Source of the DNA: Terriglobia bacterium
GTDB taxonomy: Bacteria > Acidobacteriota > Terriglobia > 2-12-FULL-54-10
Reading direction: 5' to 3'
DNA: 64,000 bases
NCBI GenBank assembly: GCA_963666975.2
Contig: CAXVYR010000004.1
Span: forward strand, 160,001 to 224,000
The notes beneath the pieces were generated by a model. The model did no database searches. It saw only the letters and a program-made list of their open reading frames with translations, and was not told the DNA's origin. Made by a program: the position numbers and the translations under genes. How positions within the stretch are numbered: position 1 is the first letter of the stretch; every line of letters starts with the position of its first letter. Below, one piece after another: positions 50,517-61,500 of the stretch.

Positions 50517-51980
50517 CTACCCCCCGAAAAGTAGCTTTTCCATCGAGGGAATGGCCTCTTCGTCCGCTTGTGGCGGTGGATACTTGTCGATGAAGTCCCC
50601 GTGCAACGTGGTGTCTACGACCCGTCCGTTTTGAATCACCATGTGAATCTTCTGCGTGTTCCGGATGTCCTCCAGCGGGTTTGCATCCAGAATCACAAAA
50701 TCCGCGTACTTCCCCGGTTCTACGCTGCCCACTTCGTCCCACTTTTGGAACTTCTCGGCCGCGTACCGGGTGGCCCCCAAGAGCGCCTTCATGGGAGTCA
50801 GGCCCGAGTCCACCAATAATTCCAATTCCCGGTGGAGGTTAATGCCATGCATCTCATAGGGTGTTGCATCTGAACCCGCCACAATCTTTCCTCCTGCCTC
50901 GGAAAACTGTTTCAGAAATAACTGAAGGTTCTTATATGCCTGTTGGTATTTGGGCGTCATTTTGTACTCGCCGAACTTATCATACGCCATGAAAATCCAG
51001 CGGCGATCCAGTTCCGGAATAAAGGCGTAAGCCGGGTCTGCCAACAGGGCCCGGTCCTCCTCCTCATACTGCTTGGAGAAGCGGTGGCCCCCGAGCCAGT
51101 AGCAGACCAGCGTGGGAGTTATCGAAGTTCCCCTCTCCACGAACAACTGGATCAAGTCTGCATACAACTCCGGCTGCATGTAGTAAAAGCTCTCCGGCAG
51201 CGTTGAATGACTCACCATGTAGTGCGTGTCCGTGTACCGGTTCTCTTCGATTTCCTTCAGCTTTTGCGGATCGGTCATGGTCGCGATTGAAATTCCGCTG
51301 GCGTGCTCAATCGAGTCCATGCCCATCTGGACGGCGTCCCGGGCGCTGAGAGCGATGTGGCCGGTTACGATAACCCCCTGGGCGTGGGCTTCCTCAATGA
51401 CCGCCTGAAGTAGTTCGGGCCGCAGTTGTTTGTAGATCTTAATGGCGTCGGCCCCCTTCGCCACGTGGTCTCTCACAGAGGCTCTGGCGGCTTCCTCCGT
51501 TTCGACGGTGAATATGACGCCATACAGAAAGACCGGCGGAGGGTTATCAATCACGGATCCTGCCGTGTAAATCCTGGGTCCCGGAACTTCCCCCTGTTCG
51601 ATGGCTTTTCTCATGGTGTAAATCCAAGGAGATACGTTGCCCGTATCCACAACCGACGTGATTCCGTTGTGCAGGTACAACGGCCCAGCATAGCCGGCGT
51701 AGTGTGTGTGCCCGTCGATCAGGCCCGGAAGCACGAACTTGCCCTCCGCATTAATCACCCGGGCTCCCTCAGGAGCTGGCTGATTCGCGTCCTCGGAGAC
51801 GCTCTGGATCCGGTTGCCGCGGACAACAATGGTCCCGTTCATCCTGGGTTCGGCTCCCGTGCCGTCGATGAGCGTCCCACCTCGGATGACCAGGGATGTG
51901 GCATCCGGCGGACCCTCGGTGGGAGGGGCGGAGCAACTTGCCAACAACAGGATAGGCAGCAAAGCCGTCAGGTACTTCAT
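50517..51980 (-). CDS. Amidohydrolase lipoprotein, tandem paralogue E
   Basis: Lipobox LASC; same catalytic motifs. Confidence 0.92.
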   Translation of the reverse strand: MKYLTALLPILLLASCSAPPTEGPPDATSLVIRGGTLIDGTGAEPRMNGTIVVRGNRIQSVSEDANQPAPEGARVINAEGKFVLPGLIDGHTHYAGYAGPLYLHNGITSVVDTGNVSPWIYTMRKAIEQGEVPGPRIYTAGSVIDNPPPVFLYGVIFTVETEEAARASVRDHVAKGADAIKIYKQLRPELLQAVIEEAHAQGVIVTGHIALSARDAVQMGMDSIEHASGISIATMTDPQKLKEIEENRYTDTHYMVSHSTLPESFYYMQPELYADLIQLFVERGTSITPTLVCYWLGGHRFSKQYEEEDRALLADPAYAFIPELDRRWIFMAYDKFGEYKMTPKYQQAYKNLQLFLKQFSEAGGKIVAGSDATPYEMHGINLHRELELLVDSGLTPMKALLGATRYAAEKFQKWDEVGSVEPGKYADFVILDANPLEDIRNTQKIHMVIQNGRVVDTTLHGDFIDKYPPPQADEEAIPSMEKLLFGG

Positions 51981-52059
51981 AATGGTTTCCTCTCTTCCTC
52001 TGAAAAACGGCTCGGGGGGGCGGCCAACCTTTATAGCGACCTGTCCATCGGACCCGGTT

Positions 52060-52284
52060 TAGGCTCGCTGGAACCCGGCGAGCCCGGATTTTTCACCAGC
52101 GCCGGCAGGTGCGGCTGAAATGCCGTAGCGGGCGATTTCTTTCGCCCCTGCCGGCGCTCGCTCCCCATTTGGAAACGCATACCCCCGGCCTCACGCCCGG
52201 GACTACATTCTGTCGTAGGGCACTTGCCGCGCCGCGCGAGTTAGCAAGCGGTTCATTAGACCACTTTTTCAACAAGCTGCCTAG
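52060..52284. repeat. REP/MITE-like intergenic remnant
   Basis: agcgccggcagg..cctgccggcgct inverted pair, cccggcctcacgcccgggacta, tttttcaacaagctgcctag end resembling the reverse of 37378. Confidence 0.5.
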
Positions 52285-53753
52285 GGCGAAAGCTCCCTGC
52301 CAAAAAGCAATATTTCCTCTTTGGCGGCTGCCCCCTCTGGAAAGGGCGGATGCGGAATCTCGTCCATGCGCTGTGGATCCAGGCGGGTGTCCAAAATGCG
52401 CCCGCCTTGAATGACCATGTGAATCTTCTGGGTGTTCCGTATGTCCTGGAGCGGGTTCGCATCCAGAATCAGGAAATCTGCATACTTGCCCGGTTCCACG
52501 CTCCCCACTTCGTCCCACGCCTGGAACTTCTCGGCCGCATACCGGGTGGCTGCCAGGAGCGCCTTCATGGGAGTCAGACCCGCGTCCACCAGAAGCTCTA
52601 TCTCCCGGTGGAGGTTGATGCCGTGCATTTCATAGGGTGTGGCGTCGGAGCCGGCCACGATCTTCCCTCCCGCCTCGGAGAATTCTTTCAGGAACAACTG
52701 CAGGTTCTTGTATGCCTGTTGGTATCGCTCAGCCGATTTGACCTGGCCGAAGTGACGATAGGCCTCAAGAATCCACCGGCGGTCGAGTTCCGGAACAAAG
52801 GCGTAAGCGGGATCGGCAAACAGAGCACGATCCTCTTGCTCGTACTGCTTGGAGAAACGGTGGCCTCCGAGCCAGTAGCAGACCAGCGTGGGGGTCACCG
52901 ACGTTCCCCTCTCCACAAACAGCTGGATCAAGTCCCCGTACAGCTCCGGCTTCATGTAATAGAAGCTTTCCGGCACGGTAAGGTGATCGACCAGGTAGTT
53001 GATATCGGTGTACCTCTTTTCTTCGATCTCCCTCAGTTTTTCCCGGTCCGTCATGGTGGCGATGGGAATTCCGGTAGCATGCTCGAACGAGTCGATCCCC
53101 ATCATGACGGCATCCCGGGCGCTGATGGCAATATGGCCCGTTACCGGAAGTCCATTCGCGTGGGCTTCTTCAATCACGGCCCGCATCAGGTCCGGCCTCA
53201 GTTGCTTATAAACCTTGATGGCATCCACGCCTTCCGCCGCCTGGCGTCGGACGGCGGCTCTGGCGGCCTCCTCCGTCTCGACGAGGATGGTGCTGTCGCC
53301 AAAGATTGCCGGAGGATTGTCGATCATAGCCCCGACAGAGTAAATCCGGGGGCCGGCGAGCAAGCCCCGCCGGATGGCGTCTTTCTGCACGAGAATCCAG
53401 GGATTCGTATTTCCCGTATCCACGATGGAGGTAATTCCATAGTGCAGATAGAGCTGCGCCGCATAGCCCGCGTAGTGGGTGTGTCCGTCCACCAGCCCGG
53501 GGAGAACGTACTTACCCCGGGCGTCCACCAGGCGGATGCCTTCCGGAAGCGGTTGGACCCTGTTCGGCAGGACGCTCAGGATTTTGTCGCCGCGGACTAC
53601 AATAGTCCCGTTTTCTCTCGGTGCGGCTCCCGTGCCATCGATGAGCGTACCCCCTTGCAGGACGAGGGTCGGCGATCCTGCGTTCTGAGCAAACAAGACC
53701 GAGGCACTGGTTACAAATAGAACTGCTACCCGCAAGACATTGTAAAGTTTCAT
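52281..53753 (-). CDS. Exported amidohydrolase, tandem paralogue D
   Basis: RBS aaggag; signal peptide; DGHTH, AIKVY, TGH, EHA, AGSD. Confidence 0.92.
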   Translation of the reverse strand: MKLYNVLRVAVLFVTSASVLFAQNAGSPTLVLQGGTLIDGTGAAPRENGTIVVRGDKILSVLPNRVQPLPEGIRLVDARGKYVLPGLVDGHTHYAGYAAQLYLHYGITSIVDTGNTNPWILVQKDAIRRGLLAGPRIYSVGAMIDNPPAIFGDSTILVETEEAARAAVRRQAAEGVDAIKVYKQLRPDLMRAVIEEAHANGLPVTGHIAISARDAVMMGIDSFEHATGIPIATMTDREKLREIEEKRYTDINYLVDHLTVPESFYYMKPELYGDLIQLFVERGTSVTPTLVCYWLGGHRFSKQYEQEDRALFADPAYAFVPELDRRWILEAYRHFGQVKSAERYQQAYKNLQLFLKEFSEAGGKIVAGSDATPYEMHGINLHREIELLVDAGLTPMKALLAATRYAAEKFQAWDEVGSVEPGKYADFLILDANPLQDIRNTQKIHMVIQGGRILDTRLDPQRMDEIPHPPFPEGAAAKEEILLFGRELSP

Positions 53754-53797
53754 GAACAGTTTCTCCTTCGAGGGGGAGGGGTCATCCGGCGGAAATG

Positions 53798-55279
53798 TCA
53801 ACGACCCGGGTAATCCTCATCTTCAAAGAGCAGCTTCCCAAGGTTCGTCACTTCATCCCCGGGCCGAGGTGGCACCGGAATCTGGTCGACGAAGTTTGGG
53901 TCCAATGTGGTATCCAAAATCCGCCCGTTCTGGATCACCATGTGAATCTTCCGGGTGTTCCGTATGTCCTCCAGTGGATTAGCATCCAGGATCACGAAAT
54001 CCGCATACTTTCCCGGCTCTACGCTTCCCACCTCGTCCCATTTCCAATACTTCTCGGCCGCATGTTTCGTTGCCCCTAGAAGTGTCTGCATGGGAGTCAG
54101 CCCCGCATCCACCCAAAGCTCCATCTCCCGGTGGAGATTGACGGCGTGCATCTCGTAGGATGTAGAATCTGTCCCAACCACGACCTTCCCACCCGCATCA
54201 GCAAATTGTTTCAGGAACATCTGCAGGTTGCTGTACGCTTGCTGATAGCGGGGGGTTGTCTTGGTCCGGCCAAAAAAGTCATGGGCCAGAGGAATCCAGC
54301 GACGCGGCAACTCAGGGATCGCAGCATAAGCCGGATCCGCCAACACGGCCTCATCCTCCCTCTTATACTCCTCTGCGAAGCGGTGGGTTCCAATCCAGTA
54401 GCCGGCCAGATTGGGAGTCACTGAGGTTCCCTTCTCCATAAACAGTTTCACCAAGTCCGGGACCATCTCGGGTTTCATAAAGGAGAAAATGCCCCGCACC
54501 GTGGCGTGGTCCGCCAGGTAGCCCCGGACGGTGTATCTTTTTTGCTCCACCTCATTCAGTTTTTCCCGGTCCGTCATCGTGGCGATGGCAATGCCGCTGG
54601 CGTGCTCGATGGAGTCTATTCCCATCATGACGGCATCCCGAGCGCTGCTCGCCAGATGGGCCGTTACGGGAATCCCGTGGAAGTGCGCTTCCTCCACGAC
54701 CGCCCGCATCAGGTTGGGCCGCAATTGTTTGTAGACCTTGATCGCATCGGCGCCTGCTGCCACCTCGCGGCGGACTGCCTCTCTTGCCTCCTCCTCCGTC
54801 TCCACGAGGTGCCATCCACTGATGTACAAGGATGGCGGGGGGTTATCTATCATGTTCCCCGCTGCGTAAATCCTCGGGCCGGGGATCAGCCCTTTTTCGA
54901 TCGCCCATTTCTGAGCGAAAATCCAGGGGCTGGCGTTTCCTACGTCAATGACGGTGGTAATTCCGTAATGAAGGTAGAGTTGAGCGGCCCAGCTGGCGTA
55001 GTGCGCGTGGCCGTCGATCAGGCCGGGAATGATGTATTTGCCCCGCGCATCCACCACGCGGGCGCCCTCCGGCAATGGCTGGTTCGCGTCGCGAAGGACG
55101 CTCAGAATCTTGTTGCCGCGAGCCACAATCCGCCCGTTCTCCCTGGCATCGGCTCCGGTGCCGTCGATGAGCGTACCCCCTTGCAGGACGAGGGTCGGCG
55201 ATCCTGCGTTCTGAGCAAACGAGACCGAGGCACTGGTTAGAAATAGAACTGCTAACCGCAAAGCATTGCAAAGTTTCAT
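53798..55279 (-). CDS. Exported amidohydrolase, tandem paralogue C (mosaic)
   Basis: DGHAH, AIKVY, TAH, EHA, VGTD. Confidence 0.92.
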   Translation of the reverse strand: MKLCNALRLAVLFLTSASVSFAQNAGSPTLVLQGGTLIDGTGADARENGRIVARGNKILSVLRDANQPLPEGARVVDARGKYIIPGLIDGHAHYASWAAQLYLHYGITTVIDVGNASPWIFAQKWAIEKGLIPGPRIYAAGNMIDNPPPSLYISGWHLVETEEEAREAVRREVAAGADAIKVYKQLRPNLMRAVVEEAHFHGIPVTAHLASSARDAVMMGIDSIEHASGIAIATMTDREKLNEVEQKRYTVRGYLADHATVRGIFSFMKPEMVPDLVKLFMEKGTSVTPNLAGYWIGTHRFAEEYKREDEAVLADPAYAAIPELPRRWIPLAHDFFGRTKTTPRYQQAYSNLQMFLKQFADAGGKVVVGTDSTSYEMHAVNLHREMELWVDAGLTPMQTLLGATKHAAEKYWKWDEVGSVEPGKYADFVILDANPLEDIRNTRKIHMVIQNGRILDTTLDPNFVDQIPVPPRPGDEVTNLGKLLFEDEDYPGR

Positions 55280-55335
55280 GAACAGTTTCTCCTTCGAGGA
55301 GGAGAGGTCATCCGGCGGAAATGTCAACGACCCGG

Positions 55336-56817
55336 CTAGTCTTCATCTTCAAAGAGCAACTTCCCTAGATTAGTAATTATTTCCTCGGACCAGGACGGTT
55401 GCGGAATCTGATCGACGAAGTTTGGATCCAACGTGGTATCCAAAATGCGCCCGTTTTGGATCACCATGTGAATCTTCCGGGTGTTCCGTATGTCCTCAAG
55501 TGGATTAGCGTCCAGGATCACAAAATCCGCATACTTTCCCGGCTCTACGCTTCCCACTTCGTTCCATTTCCGGTACTTCTCGGCCGCGTGTTTCGTTGCT
55601 CCCAGAAGTGTCTGCATGGGAGTCACGCCCGCATCCACCCAAAGCTCCATCTCCCGGTGGAGATTGACGGCGTGCATCTCGTAGGATGTAGAATCTGTCC
55701 CAACGACGGCCTTCCCACCCGCATCAGCAAATTGTTTCAGGAACATTTGCATGTTTCTGTACGCTTGCTGATAGCGGGGAGTTGTCTTGGTACGGCCAAA
55801 AAAGTCATGGGCCAGAGGAATCCAGCGACGCGCCAACTCAGGGACCGCAGCATAAGCTGGATCTGCCAACAAAGCTTCATCCTCCCTCTTATACTCATCG
55901 GCGAAGCGGTGGGTTCCAATCCAGTAGCCGGCCAGATTGGGAGTCACTGAGGTTCCCTTCTCCACAAAGAGTCTCACCAAATCCGGGACCAGCTCGGGTT
56001 CCATGTAGTAGAAAATTCCGCGGACAGTGGAATGTTCCGCCAGATAGCCCCGATCGGTATATCTTTTTTGCTCCACCTCATTCAGTTTTTCCCGATCAGT
56101 TGTCGTGGCGATGGCAACTCCGCTGGCGTGCTCGAGCGAGTCCACTCCCATCATGACGGCATCCCGAGCGCTGCTCGCCAGATGGGCTGTAACGGGAATT
56201 CCATGGAAGTGCGCTTCCTCAACGACAACCCGCATCAGGTTGGGCCGCAATTGTTTGTATACCTTGATCGCATCGGCGCCTGCTGCCACCTCGTGGCGGA
56301 CTGCGGCCCTGGCCTGCTCCGGCGTCTCCACGAGGTGCCAATCACTGATGTACAAGGATGGCGGGGGGTTATCTATTATGTTCCCCGCTGCGTAAATCCT
56401 TGGGCCGGGGATCAGCCCGTTTTCGATTGCCCATTGCTGAGCGAAAATCCAGGGGCTGGCGTTTCCTACGTCAACGACAGTGGTAATTCCGTAGTGAAGG
56501 TAGAGTTGGGCGGCCCAGCCAGAGTAGTGCGCGTGCCCGTCGATCAGGCCGGGAAGGACATATTTACCCCGAGCATCCACCACGCGTGCACCCTGCGGCG
56601 CCGGGCGAGCGGTTCCCCGAGAGACGCGGAGGATCTTGTTGCCGCGGACGACAATGGTCGCATCTACTACGGGGTCGGCCCCGGTACCGTCAATGAGCGT
56701 TCCCCCTTGAATGAAAAGGGTAGGCTCTCCCGCTGCCTCCTGGGCGAAAGAAGGCACGCCATTTGCGAAGAACAGGATAAAGAACAAAGCGGTGAAATGT
56801 CTCGTAATGATTATCAC
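55336..56817 (-). CDS. Exported amidohydrolase, tandem paralogue B
   Basis: GTG start after aggaggg; DGHAH, AIKVY, TAH, EHA, VGTD. Confidence 0.92.
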   Translation of the reverse strand: MIIITRHFTALFFILFFANGVPSFAQEAAGEPTLFIQGGTLIDGTGADPVVDATIVVRGNKILRVSRGTARPAPQGARVVDARGKYVLPGLIDGHAHYSGWAAQLYLHYGITTVVDVGNASPWIFAQQWAIENGLIPGPRIYAAGNIIDNPPPSLYISDWHLVETPEQARAAVRHEVAAGADAIKVYKQLRPNLMRVVVEEAHFHGIPVTAHLASSARDAVMMGVDSLEHASGVAIATTTDREKLNEVEQKRYTDRGYLAEHSTVRGIFYYMEPELVPDLVRLFVEKGTSVTPNLAGYWIGTHRFADEYKREDEALLADPAYAAVPELARRWIPLAHDFFGRTKTTPRYQQAYRNMQMFLKQFADAGGKAVVGTDSTSYEMHAVNLHREMELWVDAGVTPMQTLLGATKHAAEKYRKWNEVGSVEPGKYADFVILDANPLEDIRNTRKIHMVIQNGRILDTTLDPNFVDQIPQPSWSEEIITNLGKLLFEDED

Positions 56818-56923
56818 TTCCCTCCTTCAGTCGAAAAGCGGCTGACGGCCCTGGTTAGAATTTCAGCTTCCCCGTCCGTGCCACCTTCTTGCGAGTTCAG
56901 ACAATCGCTTGTTGGAGGACCGG

Positions 56924-58390
56924 CTACTTTCCATACATCCACTTTTCTCGTTCGGTAATTGCCTCCTGAGTCATGGATGGTTTGGGAATCTGGTTGACAA
57001 AGTTTCCATCCAGGCGGGTATCCAGAATCCCCCCGTTTTGAATCACCATGTGAATCTTCGTAGTGTTCCGAATGTCCTCCAGCGGGTTCGCATCCAGAAT
57101 CACGAAATCCGCGTACTTCCCCGCTTCCACGCTTCCCACTTCGTTCCACTTCCGGTACTTCTCGGCTGCATACCTGGTGGCCCCCAAAAGCGCCTGCATG
57201 GGTGTGAGACCCGCATCGACCAGCAACTCCATCTCCCGGTGGAGGTTGATGCCGTACATCTCGTATGGCGTAGAGTCCGAGCCTGCCACAATCTTGCCGC
57301 CTGCCTCCGAGAACTGCTTCAGGAACGCCTGCAGGTTCTTATACCCTTGCTGATACTTGGGACCTGACTTGATCTGGCCAAAATAATCGTAGGCCAGGAA
57401 AATCCAGCGACGATCCAATTGGGGGACAAAAGCATAAGCCGGGTTTGCCAACAAGGCCCGATCCTCTTTCTCATACCGGTCCGAAAAGCGGTGGCCTCCC
57501 AGCCAGTAACACACCAGAGTTGGTGTCACCGACGTCCCCTTCTCCACAAAGAGCTGAATCAAGTCCCCATACAACTCAGGTTTCATATAGTAGAAACTTT
57601 CCGGCAGGGTGGCATGATCCACCATGTAGAACGTGTCGGCGTACCTCTTTTCTTCGATCTCCTTCAGTTTTTCCTGATCTGTCATGGTAGCGATTTGAAT
57701 GCCACTGGCGTGCTCCAGCGAGTCAATTCCCATCATGACGGCATCCCGAGCACTGATCGATAGATGGCCGGTTACGGGAATCCCATGGAGGTGGGCCTCC
57801 TCGATGACCGCCCGCAGCAGATCCGGACGCAATTTCTTATAAACTTTGATCGCATCCAAACCATCTGCCACGTTGCGTCTCACGGCAGCCCGGGCGGCCT
57901 CGGGTGTCTCGACCATAAACCCATAACCAAAGGTCGAGGGCGGACTATCAATGTGAGATCCTGCGCTGTAAATCCTCGGTCCGGGAACCAGCCCTTTGTC
58001 AATAGCCCATCTCTGTGTGACAATCCATGCGGTTGAGCTTCCCGTGTCAACAACAGTTGTGATTCCGTAGTGAAGGTATATTGGCCCGGCATAGCCGGCA
58101 TAATGGGTGTGTCCGTCAATCAGGCCGGGAATGATGTATTTGCCCCGCGCATCCACCACGCGGGCGCCTTCCGGCAATGGCTGGTTCGCGTCGCGAAGGA
58201 CGCTCAAAATCTTGTTGCCGCGAGCCACAATCCGCCCGTTCTCCCTGGCATCGGCCCCGGTGCCGTCGATGAGTGTTCCCCCTTCAATGACCAGAGCGGG
58301 GCTTCCCGCTCTCTCCCCGGCCTGCTGTGCGAAGGAGACAGCACCGGTCAGAAGAAACAGCACGAGGAACAAGGAGAGAGATTGCTTCAT
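56924..58390 (-). CDS. Exported amidohydrolase, tandem paralogue A
   Basis: Signal peptide; DGHTH, AIKVY, TGH, EHA, AGSD. Confidence 0.92.
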   Translation of the reverse strand: MKQSLSLFLVLFLLTGAVSFAQQAGERAGSPALVIEGGTLIDGTGADARENGRIVARGNKILSVLRDANQPLPEGARVVDARGKYIIPGLIDGHTHYAGYAGPIYLHYGITTVVDTGSSTAWIVTQRWAIDKGLVPGPRIYSAGSHIDSPPSTFGYGFMVETPEAARAAVRRNVADGLDAIKVYKKLRPDLLRAVIEEAHLHGIPVTGHLSISARDAVMMGIDSLEHASGIQIATMTDQEKLKEIEEKRYADTFYMVDHATLPESFYYMKPELYGDLIQLFVEKGTSVTPTLVCYWLGGHRFSDRYEKEDRALLANPAYAFVPQLDRRWIFLAYDYFGQIKSGPKYQQGYKNLQAFLKQFSEAGGKIVAGSDSTPYEMYGINLHREMELLVDAGLTPMQALLGATRYAAEKYRKWNEVGSVEAGKYADFVILDANPLEDIRNTTKIHMVIQNGGILDTRLDGNFVNQIPKPSMTQEAITEREKWMYGK

Positions 58391-58432
58391 GACGCTTCTT
58401 TCCTTTCGCTTCTTGCGGTAAAAGTTTGTGGA

Positions 58433-58469
58433 AAAGGGCTATCGGTCAGCCAGCGATCGATAGCCCTTT
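58433..58469 (-). terminator. Stem-loop after the TonB-dependent receptor (terminator or mRNA stabiliser)
   Basis: aaagggctatcg-N13-cgatagcccttt, ending in TTTT on the minus strand. Confidence 0.65.
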
Positions 58470-58500
58470 ACCTGAGGAATTAGCCCCGCAGCACCCAAGG

Positions 58501-61500
58501 TCAGAACACGACTTTGAGCGCAAACTGGATTTGGCGCGAGGTGGTTGATGTCGAGGCAATTACCCCTGCATTAGGCAGGCGGGTATTGGTGGCATCACCG
58601 AGAACACTGGTTTGGGGCACGTCAAAATTCGGGCGATTGAACATGTTGAAGACCTGCGATTCGAACTCCAGGCGGACTCGTTCCGTAAGCGGCGTTGCTT
58701 TTTTTATCGCAAAGTCGAAGGTGAACAAGCCCGGCCCTACCACGGTATTTCTGCCGGAATTTCCGTAGAACCCCGGCTCCTGCTGCTCGAAGGCGCAGGG
58801 ATCAAACCAACGGGTAGGGTCTTGCAGCTTCTGGCCAGCCGGTATTCCCTGGCAACCGGCAGTAACCCCGCTGGTTGGGTTATTGCTGAAGCCCGGCCTC
58901 AAGTTTGGACGATGCCCCGTATTTACGCCAGGCGCTGTCCCAGAGCGAGCCGTATCGAATTCCATCGTCACGTTGATAGGAAAACCCGAGTAGGCGTTAA
59001 TGATGGATGAGATCTGCCATCCATCCAACAGCTTTCCCGCCGCTCCTGTCAAATCGCGGCCAAAAGGCAGGTCATAGGCCACGTTGGTGTTGAAGATGTT
59101 CCTCCGGCTGAAAGTGCCGACGCTCCGGCTTGAAGCGAAATCGTGGCGATTATGCACGTTCTTTCGCGAGCTCCGGCTGGTAACCGTGTACTCCTCTGAG
59201 CTGTCATCAACATTTTTGGAAAAGGTGTAGTTGATCTGCGTTGCCAGTCCCTGGCTGAACCGTCGCTCTAAGCTCAGGATGAGCCCATGGTAGGTGGAGT
59301 GAGCGCCAGTCTGTTTGATGGAACTCTCGCCGATATTGGGGCTGAGCCGCGGGTACAGAGGATTACCCATTGCATCTGCCGGGTTAAACCACCGCCCATC
59401 CGCCAGCCTGTCGGCCGGGCGCGACCCCGCGTCCACCGGGATGACCAGATGGACACCGTTGGAACCCGCGTATCCGATGGAGAACGACATGCTGTTGCTG
59501 AGCTGTTGCTGTATGTTCAGATTGAAGTGCATCATATACGGCATATGGTTGTAAAGGTCGGATTCTATCTGGTAGGGCCCCGATATGCCAGGCACAGTCT
59601 CGTTGGGAAAATCTGCCTTGGGGAAACCCGGAACTCCAAGGCCTGCGAGGAACAACACGAACTTGCGTCCGGCCTTAGGAGGCAGGCCGGTTGTGTAATG
59701 AGCGGGGCCCAACTGGTCAAAAAAGAGACCAAAACCGCCGCGAACGGAGGTCTTGCCGGAGTTGGTGGGATCCCAGGAGATCCCGACCCGGGGAGCGAAG
59801 CAGTAGGTGCAAAAGTCTTCGTAGTACGGGCCTTTCCCGTTGTTCGGTGCAATGGTGGGTTCCATTTCTGTGAGGTCGTACCAATGGGCAAGTTTGCCAT
59901 TGGTTTCCATTGGAGCCCTCATGTTTTCGTAACGTACCCCCAGCGAGAGGGAAAGATTGGGCAGGACTCGGATGTCATCCTGAATGAAGGCCCCATACAT
60001 CGTGTGGCGCAGGCTCCTGTCCGTATCGGAAACCAGCGACTCCCCGAAAAACCCCAAAGGATTCGCCGTTAACACGTTTTCTATATTCGAAAAGAAATAC
60101 AGCCATGACGGGAACACCTTGATACTGTTGTTGTTGCGGAGACGCGAGAGCTTAAAGCCCGTTTTGATCGTATGGCGACCTTTGGTCCAATCAATAGTGT
60201 TGGCGTATTCAAAGTTGTTTAAAACCGAGTCTATGGGATTGAGGACGCCATTCTCCAACGGGGAGCCACGAACGCCCGCTGCTAACGCCGGAATATTTAG
60301 CCCGCCACCCACACCAAACGGAAACTTATCATTGAAATCCAGCGAGGGATCGAGCGGCTTCAATTGAATGGAATTCATATTGCGCGCGTTCCGGGCAAAG
60401 CCGAAGCGAGCCGTATTCAGCAACGTGGGAGAAAAGATATGGGTATGTTGAATTGTCAAAAAATGAAGTCGGATGCCCTCGTCCGCTCCAAATGTGGGCA
60501 GCAGGTAGGGCGGCAGCAACTCGGAGTCTGAAAACGTATAGCGCCCAAAGATGGTATCATTATCTGAAATATTGTAATCCAACCTTGCCGAAATAAAGTC
60601 TTCGGTCCCCGGCTGGCTTGAGCCACCTAACCATTCGCCGACGTTGGGTCCTAGCGTTCTGGGACTGTTGGGGAGAGGCAAAATGTCCAGGTAGGGCCGC
60701 ATTTTGGGATCGACCCCGACGAAGCGTTCGCCCGCTGCCGCACCCGGGCCGCATCCACCAGGACAGGCCTCATCCTCCAAGAAACCTTGCTGGGCCCGTG
60801 CAGTCAGCACCGGGGACGCGTGGCTGATGCCCAGGCGTTCCCGGAATCCTTCGTAGTTGACGTGGAAGAACAACTTGTCCTGTCGGATGGGACCGCCCAC
60901 GGCGACTCCAAACTGATTTCGTCTGAAGGGTGGGATCGGTTGCGTAGCGTCATCGAAAAAGTTCTTGGCGTCGAGTTTGTCGTTGCGGAAGTACTCGTAA
61001 ATCGATCCGTGGAGCGTGTTCGTCCCCCCCAGCGTGACTACGTTGATGACCCCGCCGGCATTTTTGCCGTATTCGGAGCTGTAGTTGTTGACTAAAACCT
61101 TGAATTCCCTGATCGTATCTACGCCCAACAGGAAGCCCTTCGCGCCGCCGGGACCGCTGTTGTATGAATTGTCAATGGCCGTTCCATCCAGCAAAAAGGT
61201 GTTCATTGACCCCCGTGCGCCCCCGACAGAAAGCTTTGTGGCTCGCCCGATCAAGAATTCTCCTCCGGACTGGGTGTTGGGGACTACCCCGGGTGTCAAC
61301 GTGGCAAGCTGCGCGAAGCTGCGGCCGTTTAACGGCAGGTCTCGCACCGCCTGGCTGGTCACCAAACCGCCCATCGTGGACATCCCGGTGGTTTCCACCA
61401 GCGGCGCCTCGCCCGTGACCGTAACGCTCTCGGTGACGTCGCCCACCTCCAGAACCAGATCGATGGTCGCTGCCTGACCTACGGTCAGCGTGATTCCCGT

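Noticed and set aside
52350-53720. Long antisense ORFs over the amidohydrolase and other GC-rich genes (e.g. 16397-17308, 49502-50353, 56032-56958)
   Set aside because: Expected from codon bias on the coding strand; no recognisable domains
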